From Gemmatimonadota bacterium (lineage in GTDB: Bacteria; Latescibacterota; UBA2968; UBA8231), in the NCBI GenBank assembly GCA_038128265.1, contig JAYPJE010000003.1, positions 61,278 through 125,277 of the forward strand: 64,000 bases of DNA, written 5' to 3'. The position numbers and the translations under genes were made by a program. Below are positions 30,059-39,977 of this stretch, piece by piece. The notes under the pieces are model-generated. The model was not told the origin of the DNA. It searched no databases and saw only the letters and a list, made by a program, of their open reading frames with translations. Each line of letters begins with the position of its first letter. Position 1 is the first letter of the stretch.

Positions 30059-31930
30059 ATGGAGAAACTGGTTTGGCTTATTCTATTCACGCTGGGCTAC
30101 TGGGGTTACTGCATATTCTGGGGCATAAAGGGCGCGCGCGCTAGCAAAACGGCAAGCGACTACTTTATCGCCGGGCGCAGCATCGGGCTATGGGTATTCG
30201 TGCTGGCTGCCACTGCAACGTCTTTTAGCGGCTGGACCTTCGTTGGCCACCCCGGCACGATATACAAGGTCGGCCTTCCCTACGCCTTCGCCTCGTTTTA
30301 CGCCATCACTATTCCATTCACCGGCGTTCTATTCCTCAAGCGGCAGTGGCTCTTGGGCAAGCGCTTTGGCTATATAACCCCGGGCGAAATGTTTAGCGAC
30401 TACTATCGCAGCGACGCCATGCGCCTGCTGACCGTTGTCGTGGCCATGGTATTCAGCGTTCCGTATCTCGGCGTCCAACTCAAAGCATCGGGCCTGCTGT
30501 TCAACCGCCTGCTGGCGGGCACGCCCATGGAGCACACCGTATTCGCTTCTGTCGAAGGCGGCGCCATTATGCTGTCCATCGTGGTTTTTATCTACGTGGC
30601 CTCCGGCGGCCTGCGCTCCGTCGCCTACGTCGACTGCGCCCAATGCATCCTGCTTGCGCTCGGCATCGTCGCGCTCGGCATGATCACCCTCGACCTGGTT
30701 GGCGGCTGGCAGGCATTTAAGGATGGGCTGGCTTCCCTAGCTCAGCAAAAACCCGATATGGTTGCCATACCAACCCGTCCCGAGTCGACGTCCTTTCTCG
30801 AGCGCGCCGGCACGCTCTTTTTCGACAGCGCAGGCGGGCCGTGGACGGGGTTGATGATTCTCACCTATATGTTCGCACTCATGGGCATCCAGTCGGCACC
30901 GGCCTTTTCCATGTGGGCCTTTGCCAACCGCGACCCCGGCCCCTTCCCTTGGCAGCAGGTATTTGCCTCGTCGCTAGTCATCGGCGGCATCATGTTTTTT
31001 TTCACCGCCGTTCAAGGCCTGGGTGGGCGCATTCTCGACATGGGCCTGTTGCCCGATACGACGCCGCTCAACCTGCCGTCTTCCGACTATTTGGTGCCCT
31101 ATCTCATCGATACATTATCGGCCCATTTCCCCTGGTTTCTCGGCCTCTTAGCCGTCTGTGCACTGGCGGCCATGCAGTCGACCGGCGCCGCCTATATGTC
31201 CACGGCCAGCGGGATTATTACCCGCGACCTCTACCGCCATTTTTTTAATCGAGAAGCGTCGCAGAAGGCACAGGTGCTGGTGGGGCGCGTCACCGTAGGA
31301 GTCGTCGTCAGCCTAGCGCTGCTGGTTGGGCTCGCATCGGGCGACCTGCTCGTCCTACTGGGCGGACTGGCCGTTTCGTACGGCTTTCAAATGTGGCCTG
31401 CCCTGCTCGGCATCTGCTATATCCGCTTTTTCACCGGCAAGGGCGTAGCGTGGGGATTAGCGGCCGGACTGACGGCCGTCACCGTTACCTACATAACCGA
31501 ATTGGGCGGCTTGATCGGCATTGGTCGCTACCCGCTGACGCTGCACAGCGCCGGCTGGGGTATTCTCTTCAACCTGATCGTCACGACGCTCGTCAGCGCG
31601 TTGACACAGGGCGAGGAAAACGGCGCGGCGCACCGCGGTCGCTATCACGATTTCCTTCGCGAGCACACCGGCCTACCTCCAGAAAAGAAAAAGTGGAAAG
31701 GCCCCATTTGGCTCCTAACTATCGTCTGGTTTCTCTTCGCCATCGGCCCCTTCGCCGTGCTCGGCAATGAAACCAATCCGTCCGACTGGCCGCTTGGCAT
31801 TCCCACGATATGGATCTGGCAAATTGTCTGGTGGATTGTGGGCTGCCTTATGATGTACCTGCTGGCATTTAAGCTAGAAATGTCCACTGTGCCACGGCGT
31901 CCAGTAGAGCCCATCGCACAAGACGACTAG
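30059..31930 (+). CDS. Sodium:solute symporter (SSS family)
   Basis: ASDYFIAGRS, ATSFSGWTFVGHPG, GGLRSVAYVD and LAAMQST motifs; many TM helices. Confidence 0.92.
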   Translation: MEKLVWLILFTLGYWGYCIFWGIKGARASKTASDYFIAGRSIGLWVFVLAATATSFSGWTFVGHPGTIYKVGLPYAFASFYAITIPFTGVLFLKRQWLLGKRFGYITPGEMFSDYYRSDAMRLLTVVVAMVFSVPYLGVQLKASGLLFNRLLAGTPMEHTVFASVEGGAIMLSIVVFIYVASGGLRSVAYVDCAQCILLALGIVALGMITLDLVGGWQAFKDGLASLAQQKPDMVAIPTRPESTSFLERAGTLFFDSAGGPWTGLMILTYMFALMGIQSAPAFSMWAFANRDPGPFPWQQVFASSLVIGGIMFFFTAVQGLGGRILDMGLLPDTTPLNLPSSDYLVPYLIDTLSAHFPWFLGLLAVCALAAMQSTGAAYMSTASGIITRDLYRHFFNREASQKAQVLVGRVTVGVVVSLALLVGLASGDLLVLLGGLAVSYGFQMWPALLGICYIRFFTGKGVAWGLAAGLTAVTVTYITELGGLIGIGRYPLTLHSAGWGILFNLIVTTLVSALTQGEENGAAHRGRYHDFLREHTGLPPEKKKWKGPIWLLTIVWFLFAIGPFAVLGNETNPSDWPLGIPTIWIWQIVWWIVGCLMMYLLAFKLEMSTVPRRPVEPIAQDD

Positions 31931-31945
31931 CGGCGGGTCTGTACG

Positions 31946-33640
31946 GTGGCTCCGTTGGGTCTTCGCCTGATCCTGCCCCCGGCGCTCACCGCGCTGGTCT
32001 GCGCCCTACTGCCCGAGCGCGGGGGAACCGACGGGTGGAGCCTATTTCCGCCGCTGCTGGCTATTCTCGTCGCCGTGGCATCGGGCCGCCTTGTATGGGG
32101 TCTGTGCCTGGCGCTGTTGTGCGGCGCTCTTATCGCCCAGCCTGTCGATGTGCCGTTCTATGCGCTGCCCGTACACGCGCTATACACGGCGATCGTCGAC
32201 TTTGTGTGGACTCCCCTACGCGACTCTTTCCAACTCTATATCCTGGGATTTACCGCATCGCTCATCGGCATGGTGCGCGTCGTTTCGCTAGCCGGCGGCA
32301 CGCGTGGCATCGCCGAACTACTCGTGCGTCGAGCGGCGGGAGCGCGCTCGACGCGCCTGGCCACAGCGCTGCTTGGAATGGCCATTTTTTTTGATGACTA
32401 CGCCAACACCATTGTCGTTGGCACGACAATGCGCCCCATTACCGATCGGTTTCGTATCAGCCGCGAGAAGCTGGCGTACTTAGTCGATTCGACGGCTGCA
32501 CCCGTCGCCGGCGTCGCCATTATCAGCACCTGGATCGGTTTTGAGGTAGGCCTCTTTGAAGACGCAATGAATAGCCTGGGAACGAATATATCTGGCTACG
32601 AGCTTTTTTTTCGCGCCCTGCCCGCGCGTTTCTACTGCTTGCTGACGCTGTTTTTTGTTCTCGTATCGACTCTTATGCAGCGCGATTTCGGCCCCATGCT
32701 GCGGGCTGAGCGCCGCGCCCAACGACACAATCAACCGCTGGCGCCGGGCGACCAGCCCATGACCGGCGAAGAGAGCACCGTCCCCGAACACCCCGATCTC
32801 GAGGCCCATTGGTCTGTCGCCGCCCTGCCCGTAGGCTTGGTCGTCTTTGCCGTGCTCGCCGGCATGCATTGGGATGCGCGCGAGGCCGAAGCCGTCATCG
32901 CTGCACGCAATGAGCATTCCTTTTTCAGCAGGAGTTATTGGACCGCCGTTTTTTCCAACGCCGACGGCGCCAAAGTCATGTTCTTGTCTTCTCTGGCCGG
33001 GTCGATGCTGGCCTTTGCCCTGGCGCGCACGCGACGCAGCACCGTCGACGGTAATCGACCGCTGTCGATGGCTGCCATTCTCCGCACTTGGGCGTCGGGC
33101 ATAACGGGCTTTTACTATGCCTTGCTCATTCTCGTGCTGGCCTGGGCGATCAAAGAAATGTGCCAAGCCGTGCACACCTCAGATTACCTAGTCGGAGCGC
33201 TAGAAAACGTTCTCGACCCGCACTTTCTTCCAATCATCGTCTTTGCGCTAGCGGCAGCCGTCGCCTTTTCCATTGGCACTTCCTGGACCACGATGGCCAT
33301 CCTGCTTCCGACCATGATTCCCGTCGCTTACCAACTCGGCGATCTGGCGCTGGCCGTGCTCGTTGCAGCCGCCGTGCTCGATGGAGCCATCTTCGGCGAC
33401 CACTGCTCGCCGCTGAGCGACACGACCGTTCTCTCGAGCATCGCCGCTTCCTGCGACCACATCGCCCACGTGCGCACGCAGGCGCCGTATGCCCTTACAA
33501 CGATGGCGATCGCCGCGACCTTTGGCTATCTGGGCAGCACGCTATTCTATTCAACTGTTGTGGGATTACTGCTGAGCATGGTTACCGTCGTTATCGCACT
33601 GCTCGTCGTCGGTCGCAGTCCGGACAGCGAGTCATCGTAG
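31946..33640 (+). CDS. NhaC-family transporter
   Basis: IFFDDYAN, SREKLAYLVDSTAAP, AFSIGTSW and GAIFGDHCSPLSDTTVLSS motifs. Confidence 0.92.
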   Translation: MAPLGLRLILPPALTALVCALLPERGGTDGWSLFPPLLAILVAVASGRLVWGLCLALLCGALIAQPVDVPFYALPVHALYTAIVDFVWTPLRDSFQLYILGFTASLIGMVRVVSLAGGTRGIAELLVRRAAGARSTRLATALLGMAIFFDDYANTIVVGTTMRPITDRFRISREKLAYLVDSTAAPVAGVAIISTWIGFEVGLFEDAMNSLGTNISGYELFFRALPARFYCLLTLFFVLVSTLMQRDFGPMLRAERRAQRHNQPLAPGDQPMTGEESTVPEHPDLEAHWSVAALPVGLVVFAVLAGMHWDAREAEAVIAARNEHSFFSRSYWTAVFSNADGAKVMFLSSLAGSMLAFALARTRRSTVDGNRPLSMAAILRTWASGITGFYYALLILVLAWAIKEMCQAVHTSDYLVGALENVLDPHFLPIIVFALAAAVAFSIGTSWTTMAILLPTMIPVAYQLGDLALAVLVAAAVLDGAIFGDHCSPLSDTTVLSSIAASCDHIAHVRTQAPYALTTMAIAATFGYLGSTLFYSTVVGLLLSMVTVVIALLVVGRSPDSESS

Positions 33641-33653
33641 AACAACCCCCACC

Positions 33654-34145
33654 CTACCAGCTAGACGTGCTGCGATCAATCAACTCCTCGACGACCATAT
33701 CCAGCGCCTTTTCGATCGCCGGATCGCGCCCCTCCGCATCGGAGAGCGCCGCGTCGTAGGTGCCCCACCCTTCCATGGGCTCGAAGTCGATCAGCACCTC
33801 TTCGTCAAGCGTGCGCACTAGCTGACCGCTCACGCGCAGGAGAAAGCGATACTGCTCGGTCTGCTCTGCGGACGTATAGGTAAACGGCTTGTCTTCCACG
33901 CGCAGCACGACCATCTGCAGCAGGGCGTCGGCACTCTCCTCATCGACGACGCGCAGGCGCCCGTCGCGCGTATAGGCATTGACGGCGCGCTCGCTGAGCG
34001 CTTCGGCTATATCGAACTCGGCCGTCTGACTCTCTGCAATCGGTACGCCGATGCTGCGAATTCCACCGACTAAACCGCCCGACGTAGAGTAGTGAGCACA
34101 GCCAATTGACAGCGCCACCAGCGCCGCCAACAGTCTATTCGCCAT
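33654..34145 (-). CDS. lptE: LPS-assembly lipoprotein LptE-like
   Basis: Lipobox SIGC-AHYS; IRSIGVP, LRVVDEESADALL and TEQYR pattern typical of FCB-type LptE. Confidence 0.7.
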   Translation of the reverse strand: MANRLLAALVALSIGCAHYSTSGGLVGGIRSIGVPIAESQTAEFDIAEALSERAVNAYTRDGRLRVVDEESADALLQMVVLRVEDKPFTYTSAEQTEQYRFLLRVSGQLVRTLDEEVLIDFEPMEGWGTYDAALSDAEGRDPAIEKALDMVVEELIDRSTSSW

Positions 34146-34581
34146 CTCCGCTGGTCGCTTCCTCCGCTTCGGCCTCATCGACCAGCGACCGGGCGCGGTC
34201 GCCGACGGCTATGGGCTGCGCCTGCGGGCTGCCCACGCGCTCGCCCGAACGCACGTCGAGGCGCTGCCAACTGCTATGGCGCCCCACCGACTGCTCGGCC
34301 ATCAGCGCACTCAGCGGCCGCGTATCGCCTACGACCACCGCAGCTTCGGCCGGTGCCCGCACGGTGCACATATTCTCCTGCACGTGCGTGACGACGACGC
34401 GCGCTTTGACCACCTCCCAGTGCCCCAGGCTCTCACCGCTGTCGGGGTCGCGTATTTCGGCATGCTCGGCAAATACAACAAAGTCCATGCCCTCGCGCAC
34501 GCCGCGCGTCAGCCCCGCATTGATTACCAGGGTCGTATCGTCGATAATCGCCGCAACTTTTGCCTCAATTACAGTCTGCAT
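34135..34581 (-). CDS. Hypothetical protein with FlgT-C-terminal-like beta domain
   Basis: LVINAG..GVREGMDFVVF....IRDPDSGESLG..E..KARVVV..V pattern; no signal peptide. Confidence 0.6.
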   Translation of the reverse strand: MQTVIEAKVAAIIDDTTLVINAGLTRGVREGMDFVVFAEHAEIRDPDSGESLGHWEVVKARVVVTHVQENMCTVRAPAEAAVVVGDTRPLSALMAEQSVGRHSSWQRLDVRSGERVGSPQAQPIAVGDRARSLVDEAEAEEATSGDGE

Positions 34582-34593
34582 ATTCCACGCTCC

Positions 34594-34627
34594 AAAAAAA
34601 AACCGGCCCGCCCGTGGGCGAACCGGC
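34594..34627 (-). terminator. Rho-independent terminator after the M23 peptidase gene
   Basis: Minus strand reads gccggttcgccc-ac-gggcgggccggt followed by a T run. Confidence 0.75.
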
Positions 34628-34647
34628 TACAGCGTTACGCGCACTTG

Positions 34648-35685
34648 CTACTCTTCTTCCCATCCCGCAACCTGGGCCACTTTTGCGTCGGCATCGCGCA
34701 GCACGTGATCGAGTAAAAAATCCTTGGGATCGACATACCCTTTAACCCCACCACGCTGGCGGTCGATATAGCGCACGGAGTAGTGCAGGTGCGGCCCCGT
34801 AGAGCGCCCTGTGTTGCCCATCAAACCAATCTGCTGATTCCGCCGAACGCGTTCACCGACTTTAACAAATCGCTTCTGTAAATGCCCATATTCGGTGCGA
34901 AACTTTCCCTGGCGAATATAGGACTCGCCGCTCTCATTGACCTCTTGCGCACTGTGCTCAACGACTACGACATTACCCAGGCGCCGGTCCATATAGGCGT
35001 GCGTAACGATTCCATCGCCCGTTGCATAGATCGGCGTGCCCTCGCGACCGGCAAAGTCGATGCCGAGATGGCGCGCCTTACGACCGGTAAAAGGATCGAT
35101 GCGGTCGCCAAAGCCAGACGATATCCACGCGCGGTTCTTAGCCACGGGCCAGATGGTCGGAAAGTGGCGCAAATCGCCCTCGCTTTCGAGAAATTTGCTC
35201 TCGATTTGCGCGAAGCTTTCCTCCTGAAAACGGGCCATTTGCTTGAGGCGCATAATGCGGGCGGAAATCTCGCGCACTGCGTTTTTCTTGTCATCGGGAA
35301 GCGCCGCGATGTCTTCTTCCGGCAGATCTTCGGAACCCCCGACGCCGCCGAGGCGTATATCGGCGGAGAGCGGTTCCATCATGTGGTAGTCGCGCAGGCG
35401 ATCGTCATCGGCTACGAGCTGCGACATAACCCCTTCAAGATCGTCCACTTCGCGCTGGGCAAGCTCGACGCTGCGCAGCAAATCGCGATTTTCTGCGCGC
35501 AGAGCAGCCAGAGACGCTTCTTGATCGGTCTTTTGAAAGTAGCCAGTGGAAAAGTAGGTAAAGAGCGCAGCAAAGCAGAGCGCAAAGCAGGAAGCCGCAT
35601 AGAGCCACTGTCTGGCAAAGCGAAACTCGCGGACCTGCCCGTCGTTGCCAGGAATGTATATAAACGTGAGGCGCTTTTGCGGCAT
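34648..35685 (-). CDS. M23 family metallopeptidase (TM + coiled coil + catalytic domain)
   Basis: ISSGFG.RIDPFTG, HLGIDF (HxxxD), YGHL and GNTGRSTGPHLHY (HxH) motifs. Confidence 0.93.
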   Translation of the reverse strand: MPQKRLTFIYIPGNDGQVREFRFARQWLYAASCFALCFAALFTYFSTGYFQKTDQEASLAALRAENRDLLRSVELAQREVDDLEGVMSQLVADDDRLRDYHMMEPLSADIRLGGVGGSEDLPEEDIAALPDDKKNAVREISARIMRLKQMARFQEESFAQIESKFLESEGDLRHFPTIWPVAKNRAWISSGFGDRIDPFTGRKARHLGIDFAGREGTPIYATGDGIVTHAYMDRRLGNVVVVEHSAQEVNESGESYIRQGKFRTEYGHLQKRFVKVGERVRRNQQIGLMGNTGRSTGPHLHYSVRYIDRQRGGVKGYVDPKDFLLDHVLRDADAKVAQVAGWEEE

Positions 35686-35802
35686 GCGACCCTTTTGCTC
35701 TCCGTTGGATTCACCACGGGCCAGAACGGCCGCGCGCCGTGGCGCACAAACCGGCCTGTTTTTTGTATATCTATCGGCGTTGCCTTAACTTAAGAATAGG
35801 TC

Positions 35803-35831
35803 AATCTACGGCACCAATAGGCGAAAGTCAA
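35803..35831 (-). promoter_or_regulatory. Putative sigma70 promoter of the M23 peptidase gene
   Basis: Minus strand TTGACT-17 bp-TAGATT. Confidence 0.5.
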
Positions 35832-35854
35832 CCAACCCCGACCGCAGGAAAACT

Positions 35855-36622
35855 ATGTTCCTCGCCATAGATATCGGCAATACCAACGTCGACCTAGGCC
35901 TTTTTTCAGAGGGGGCACTGATCGCGCACGGCAAGGTGCCAACCTATCCCCCGGCCGGCGCGTCCGGTCATTCGGCACAGCTGCAGCACTTTGTCGAAGA
36001 GCATGCCTCGTTGCCCGCCGTGCAGTATGCCCTAATCGCCTCCGTCGTCAGGGATATGGGCTCGCTCTTTGTTGAGCACTGCCAGCAACAGCACATAGCC
36101 GCCCAGCAGGTCGATAGCAGCTGGGATCTGGGCCTGCACATCGACTACGACGACCCCGAGCGCGTTGGTATCGACCGACTGCTAGCCGCGGCAGCGGCCT
36201 TTGCAGCGGCCCAAACGGCCGTCGTCGTAGCCGATGCAGGTACCGCCCTTACCGTCGACGCCATCGATGCCGATGGCACATTTCTCGGCGGCGCCATCGC
36301 GCCCGGATTGCATATGATGCTTGGAGCCCTGCGCGCCGGAACCAGTCTGCTACCGTCCATCGAACTGACCCAACACGCCGTGCTGCCGGGCAAAAATACG
36401 CCGGACGGCATGCGCGCGGGCGTGCTCTACGGCGCGGCCGCACTGGTTGATGGTCTGTGTCAACGCCTGGTCGAAACGCTGCCGGCAAATGCTCACAGCG
36501 TGCTGACGGGCGGCGATGCGAATAGGCTCTTTCCGCTCACCCATCGCATCGAGCGCTGCGAAAGCGCTCTGGTGCTCCGCGGCCTGCTCTTAGCGTTCGA
36601 GCGACGCAAGTTGACGCTATAA
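35855..36622 (+). CDS. coaX: Type III pantothenate kinase
   Basis: LAIDIGNT, ASVV, VGIDRL, DAGTALTVD, FLGGAIAPG and LTGG motifs. Confidence 0.95.
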   Translation: MFLAIDIGNTNVDLGLFSEGALIAHGKVPTYPPAGASGHSAQLQHFVEEHASLPAVQYALIASVVRDMGSLFVEHCQQQHIAAQQVDSSWDLGLHIDYDDPERVGIDRLLAAAAAFAAAQTAVVVADAGTALTVDAIDADGTFLGGAIAPGLHMMLGALRAGTSLLPSIELTQHAVLPGKNTPDGMRAGVLYGAAALVDGLCQRLVETLPANAHSVLTGGDANRLFPLTHRIERCESALVLRGLLLAFERRKLTL

Positions 36623-36677
36623 CATACACGCAGTATTATCAGCTAGTTAACGGAGAGTATATCGACTCGCCGGTGCA

Positions 36678-38576
36678 ATGCAAAGGAGTCCCACATTGAG
36701 CGCCTTCACCCGCTTTTCCACGATGTTTTTTGCCTGCGCTGCCATCGCCTACCCCGTCCATGCAGCGCCGTCCATTGACCAAGAGTACAAAGATGTCCTC
36801 TGGCCCGTCGCCCAGCGCATCCACGAATACTATTTTGAAGAGATTTCGCCGGACACGCTAATGCAGGCCGCTGCGCGCGGGCTCTTTGCCGCCCTGGACC
36901 CTGCTTCCGACTACGAAATCGACACGGACGCCATGGACGCGTCTGCACACCCGCGCAAGCTATTGGCCAACCGCTTCACCACCCTAATGCAGGTGGCCAG
37001 AAGCCTCGACCAGCAGGCTTTTTACCACACGCCTGCCGACACGCTCGTGCGCTTTGGCATCGCTGGCATGATGCAAATACTCGACCCCTACTCCGTCTTC
37101 TTGGAAAAGCGCAACCTCGACAACTTTAACATCCAGACGCAGGGCAAGTACGGCGGCCTGGGCTTTCGCATTCAGGTCGTGCGCCCGGACAGCGCCATTG
37201 CCGTGTGGAGCCTTCTACACGAAGACACGCCAGCCGCACGCGCCGGCATCAAGTCGGGCGACCTCATCCTAGCCATCGACGGCGAGAGCACCAAGGAGAT
37301 GTCGGCCGGTGACGCAGCGGATAAAATGCGCGGCGAGCCCAACACGCCCGTCACGCTGACGCTGCGGCGCGCCGGCGTAGACGACCCCTTTGATCTATCC
37401 ATCATACGCGAAGAAGTTACCATGGGCAGCATCGCCGTCGATGCGCTCTTTCCCGACTCGACGGGCTACGTAAAGCTCGACCGCTTTCAGCGCAACTGCA
37501 GCGTCGAACTGCGCGACGCGCTGCTCTCGCTGCGCGAACAGGGCATGAAGCGCATCATTTTCGACCTGCGCGGTAACGGCGGGGGCTATCTCGACGAAGC
37601 CGTTGAAATTGTCGACCTCTTTCTCCCAGAAGAACGCCTCGTCGTCTTTACCGCTGGTCGCGCCTTCCGCGACACGACAAAGTACCTCACGTCCCAGCCG
37701 GCGCTCTTTGCCGACGAACCGCTCATCGTGTTGGTCAACGGCCAGTCGGCCTCGGCCTCCGAGATTGTAGCCGGCGCGATTCAAGATTGGGACCGCGGAC
37801 TGGTGCTCGGCTCGACGACGGTCGGCAAGGGCTCGGTACAGCAGGTCGTGCAAATTGACGAGCACTCCGAGCTCAAGCTGACCATGGCCGCCTGGCACAC
37901 GCCTTCGGGCCGCTCCATAGACAAGCGCATGCGCAAGGACTCGACGCTGGTCAGCGATCCGGCCACGGCTTTTCACACCAAGATATTGGAGCGCATCGTG
38001 CGCGGCGGCGGCGCCATAACGCCCGATGTGAGCGGATCCACGCGCAAGGGCAACCGCCTCTGGTGGCAGCTCAACGGCTTTTCCAGCCTCAACAATCAAT
38101 TTTTCTACTACGCGCGCCAGTACCGCGTGACCCACCCCGAGCTCACGCCCGAGTTTCGCGCCGACGACGCTACCTTTGCCGAGTTTCGCGCCTTCGCTCA
38201 GCAGCGCGACTTCGAGTACGTCAGCGAGGCCGAAGCACACGTCAACGAACTCGAAGAAATGGCGCAGGGCGATGACTTTGAGGAGTTGGAAGATCCCATC
38301 GCCAACCTGATCGACAAAATCGACCGCGTCGAGGAAAAGCACTGGGAGGAAAACAGGGAGCTCATTCTCTGGCGGCTGACCTACGCCATTCTGGAAAAAG
38401 CCTACGGCGTGCGTCAGGCCGAGGACTACAACGCCACCGTAGATCCGCAGGTCCTCGAAGCGCGGCAGATCTTGGCAACGCCCGACGACTACGAGCACTG
38501 GTTTCAAGTCGAAGAGATTGGCATCGGCAACGACGAGCCCGTCGCGCAGGATGCCGAAGCACAGGACATCCAATAG
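36678..38576 (+). CDS. S41A carboxyl-terminal processing protease (CtpA/Prc type, PDZ)
   Basis: GKYGGLG, PDZ domain, DLRGNGGG, SASASEIVAGA (catalytic Ser), GKGSVQ (catalytic Lys) and TPSGRSI. Confidence 0.92.
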   Translation: MQRSPTLSAFTRFSTMFFACAAIAYPVHAAPSIDQEYKDVLWPVAQRIHEYYFEEISPDTLMQAAARGLFAALDPASDYEIDTDAMDASAHPRKLLANRFTTLMQVARSLDQQAFYHTPADTLVRFGIAGMMQILDPYSVFLEKRNLDNFNIQTQGKYGGLGFRIQVVRPDSAIAVWSLLHEDTPAARAGIKSGDLILAIDGESTKEMSAGDAADKMRGEPNTPVTLTLRRAGVDDPFDLSIIREEVTMGSIAVDALFPDSTGYVKLDRFQRNCSVELRDALLSLREQGMKRIIFDLRGNGGGYLDEAVEIVDLFLPEERLVVFTAGRAFRDTTKYLTSQPALFADEPLIVLVNGQSASASEIVAGAIQDWDRGLVLGSTTVGKGSVQQVVQIDEHSELKLTMAAWHTPSGRSIDKRMRKDSTLVSDPATAFHTKILERIVRGGGAITPDVSGSTRKGNRLWWQLNGFSSLNNQFFYYARQYRVTHPELTPEFRADDATFAEFRAFAQQRDFEYVSEAEAHVNELEEMAQGDDFEELEDPIANLIDKIDRVEEKHWEENRELILWRLTYAILEKAYGVRQAEDYNATVDPQVLEARQILATPDDYEHWFQVEEIGIGNDEPVAQDAEAQDIQ

Positions 38577-38582
38577 CCAGCC

Positions 38583-39812
38583 GTGTCGCTCCTCCAGCGG
38601 CCCGCGCTGTGGTTGGGCATCGGCCTCGCTCTACACATCGCTTTCCTCTTCGCGCTCTTTGGCGACTGGCTGCGCCCCTTCTTTAACGATGCCTCGCACA
38701 CGCGGCGGGGCTTCGACTTCGGCGTATTTTACCTGGCCGGCCAGGCTCTTGCCCAACACCGCGACATCTACGCCGTAGAAGGCGCTTTCGGCTACCGCTA
38801 TCTGCCGGTCTTTGCGCAGACCTTTGGCCGTCTCTATGCGCTCGTGGCCCCTCTGCCGGCTTATGTGCTGCACCTGTGTATAGGCGAACTGCTGCTGGCG
38901 GCCAATGTCTGGCTGACCTGGCGTCTGTGCAGCCAACCGCTGCTGCGCGCCCGGGCCGTCTGCATGTGGCTGTCCTTCTCGCCCTATTTTCTCGAAATGT
39001 ACATCGGCCAAGTCAGCTTCTGGGCCGCCTCTGCCCTCTACTGGCTGATGGCGGCGCTGCGCGAAAACAGGCCCTATCGACAGGCGGCCATTTGGGCTAC
39101 ATCGATACTCATCAAGCCCAATATGCTCATCCTATTGCCCGCCCTGCTGCGAATGCGCTATCTGCGCCCGACCGGCCTCGCCCTCGCCGCGGCTGGCCTG
39201 GCTTCACTGCCCTATTTTCTCAGCTACCCCAACGCTCTGACGAGCTTTGTACAGACCAATCTGCAGGCCGGACACTTTAAAGGTGCCCTAACGCACGCCG
39301 GCAACGTCGGCCTGTGGGGCAGCCTGGTGCGCATGGGGGCCCATTTCAGCAATGCCCCGCTAAGTGAGCTGACCACCCTTGCCGACCTGCCGCTGTGGGC
39401 GGCGCTGCCAGCCTATGCGATGCCCGCACTCGGCTCGCTCGCCGCACTCTACGTTTCGTGGCGCAGCCGCTCCGACGATCCGGTATTACACCTAAGCCTT
39501 TGGATGTCCACTTATTTCTTGGTCTATAAGGACGTGTGGGAACACCACTACGTATTTCTTCTGCCCGTCATAATAGCGCTCTATATGAACCGATCAGACG
39601 CGCGCCTCCTAGGCCTCTACGTCGCACTCGCCCTGCCAACCCCCTTTATTCTCTTTGATGTACAGCCGGGCGTTTACGGGCCTATCGACCCCGAGCGCTC
39701 ATGGGATATGGCAACTTCTCTCATCTACCGCAGCGCCAAACTCGTTCCGACACTCCTGCTGTGGGTCTACGTCGCCCAGCAGCTGCGCAGCACGGAGATT
39801 AAAAACGATTAA
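38583..39812 (+). CDS. GT87/DUF2029-like membrane glycosyltransferase
   Basis: DFGVFYLAG, YRYLP, GQ, LIKP and VWEHHY motifs; multiple TM helices. Confidence 0.8.
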   Translation: MSLLQRPALWLGIGLALHIAFLFALFGDWLRPFFNDASHTRRGFDFGVFYLAGQALAQHRDIYAVEGAFGYRYLPVFAQTFGRLYALVAPLPAYVLHLCIGELLLAANVWLTWRLCSQPLLRARAVCMWLSFSPYFLEMYIGQVSFWAASALYWLMAALRENRPYRQAAIWATSILIKPNMLILLPALLRMRYLRPTGLALAAAGLASLPYFLSYPNALTSFVQTNLQAGHFKGALTHAGNVGLWGSLVRMGAHFSNAPLSELTTLADLPLWAALPAYAMPALGSLAALYVSWRSRSDDPVLHLSLWMSTYFLVYKDVWEHHYVFLLPVIIALYMNRSDARLLGLYVALALPTPFILFDVQPGVYGPIDPERSWDMATSLIYRSAKLVPTLLLWVYVAQQLRSTEIKND

Positions 39813-39883
39813 GATTTTGTTTTTATTTGTTTTATATACTAAACAGGCTCCTCCCACTCGCCGATAAAATAAACATATACACC

Positions 39884-39912
39884 TTGATATTACGGCCTAT
39901 GTCGTTTATTAT
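39884..39912 (+). promoter_or_regulatory. Putative sigma70 promoter of lipA
   Basis: TTGATA-17 bp-TATTAT in an AT-rich intergenic region. Confidence 0.45.
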
Positions 39913-39977
39913 ACTCTTCTTATGCCCGCACTCATGGCCGCGGGCACTCATTGAATACCGTTGCACGACAAGACTAC

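Noticed and set aside
34882..35793. 303-aa plus-strand ORF
   Set aside because: It is antisense to the well-supported M23 peptidase and has no recognisable features.
37395..38573. 392-aa antisense ORF
   Set aside because: It lies wholly opposite the S41 protease in codon register and has no motifs, typical of a shadow ORF in high-GC coding DNA.
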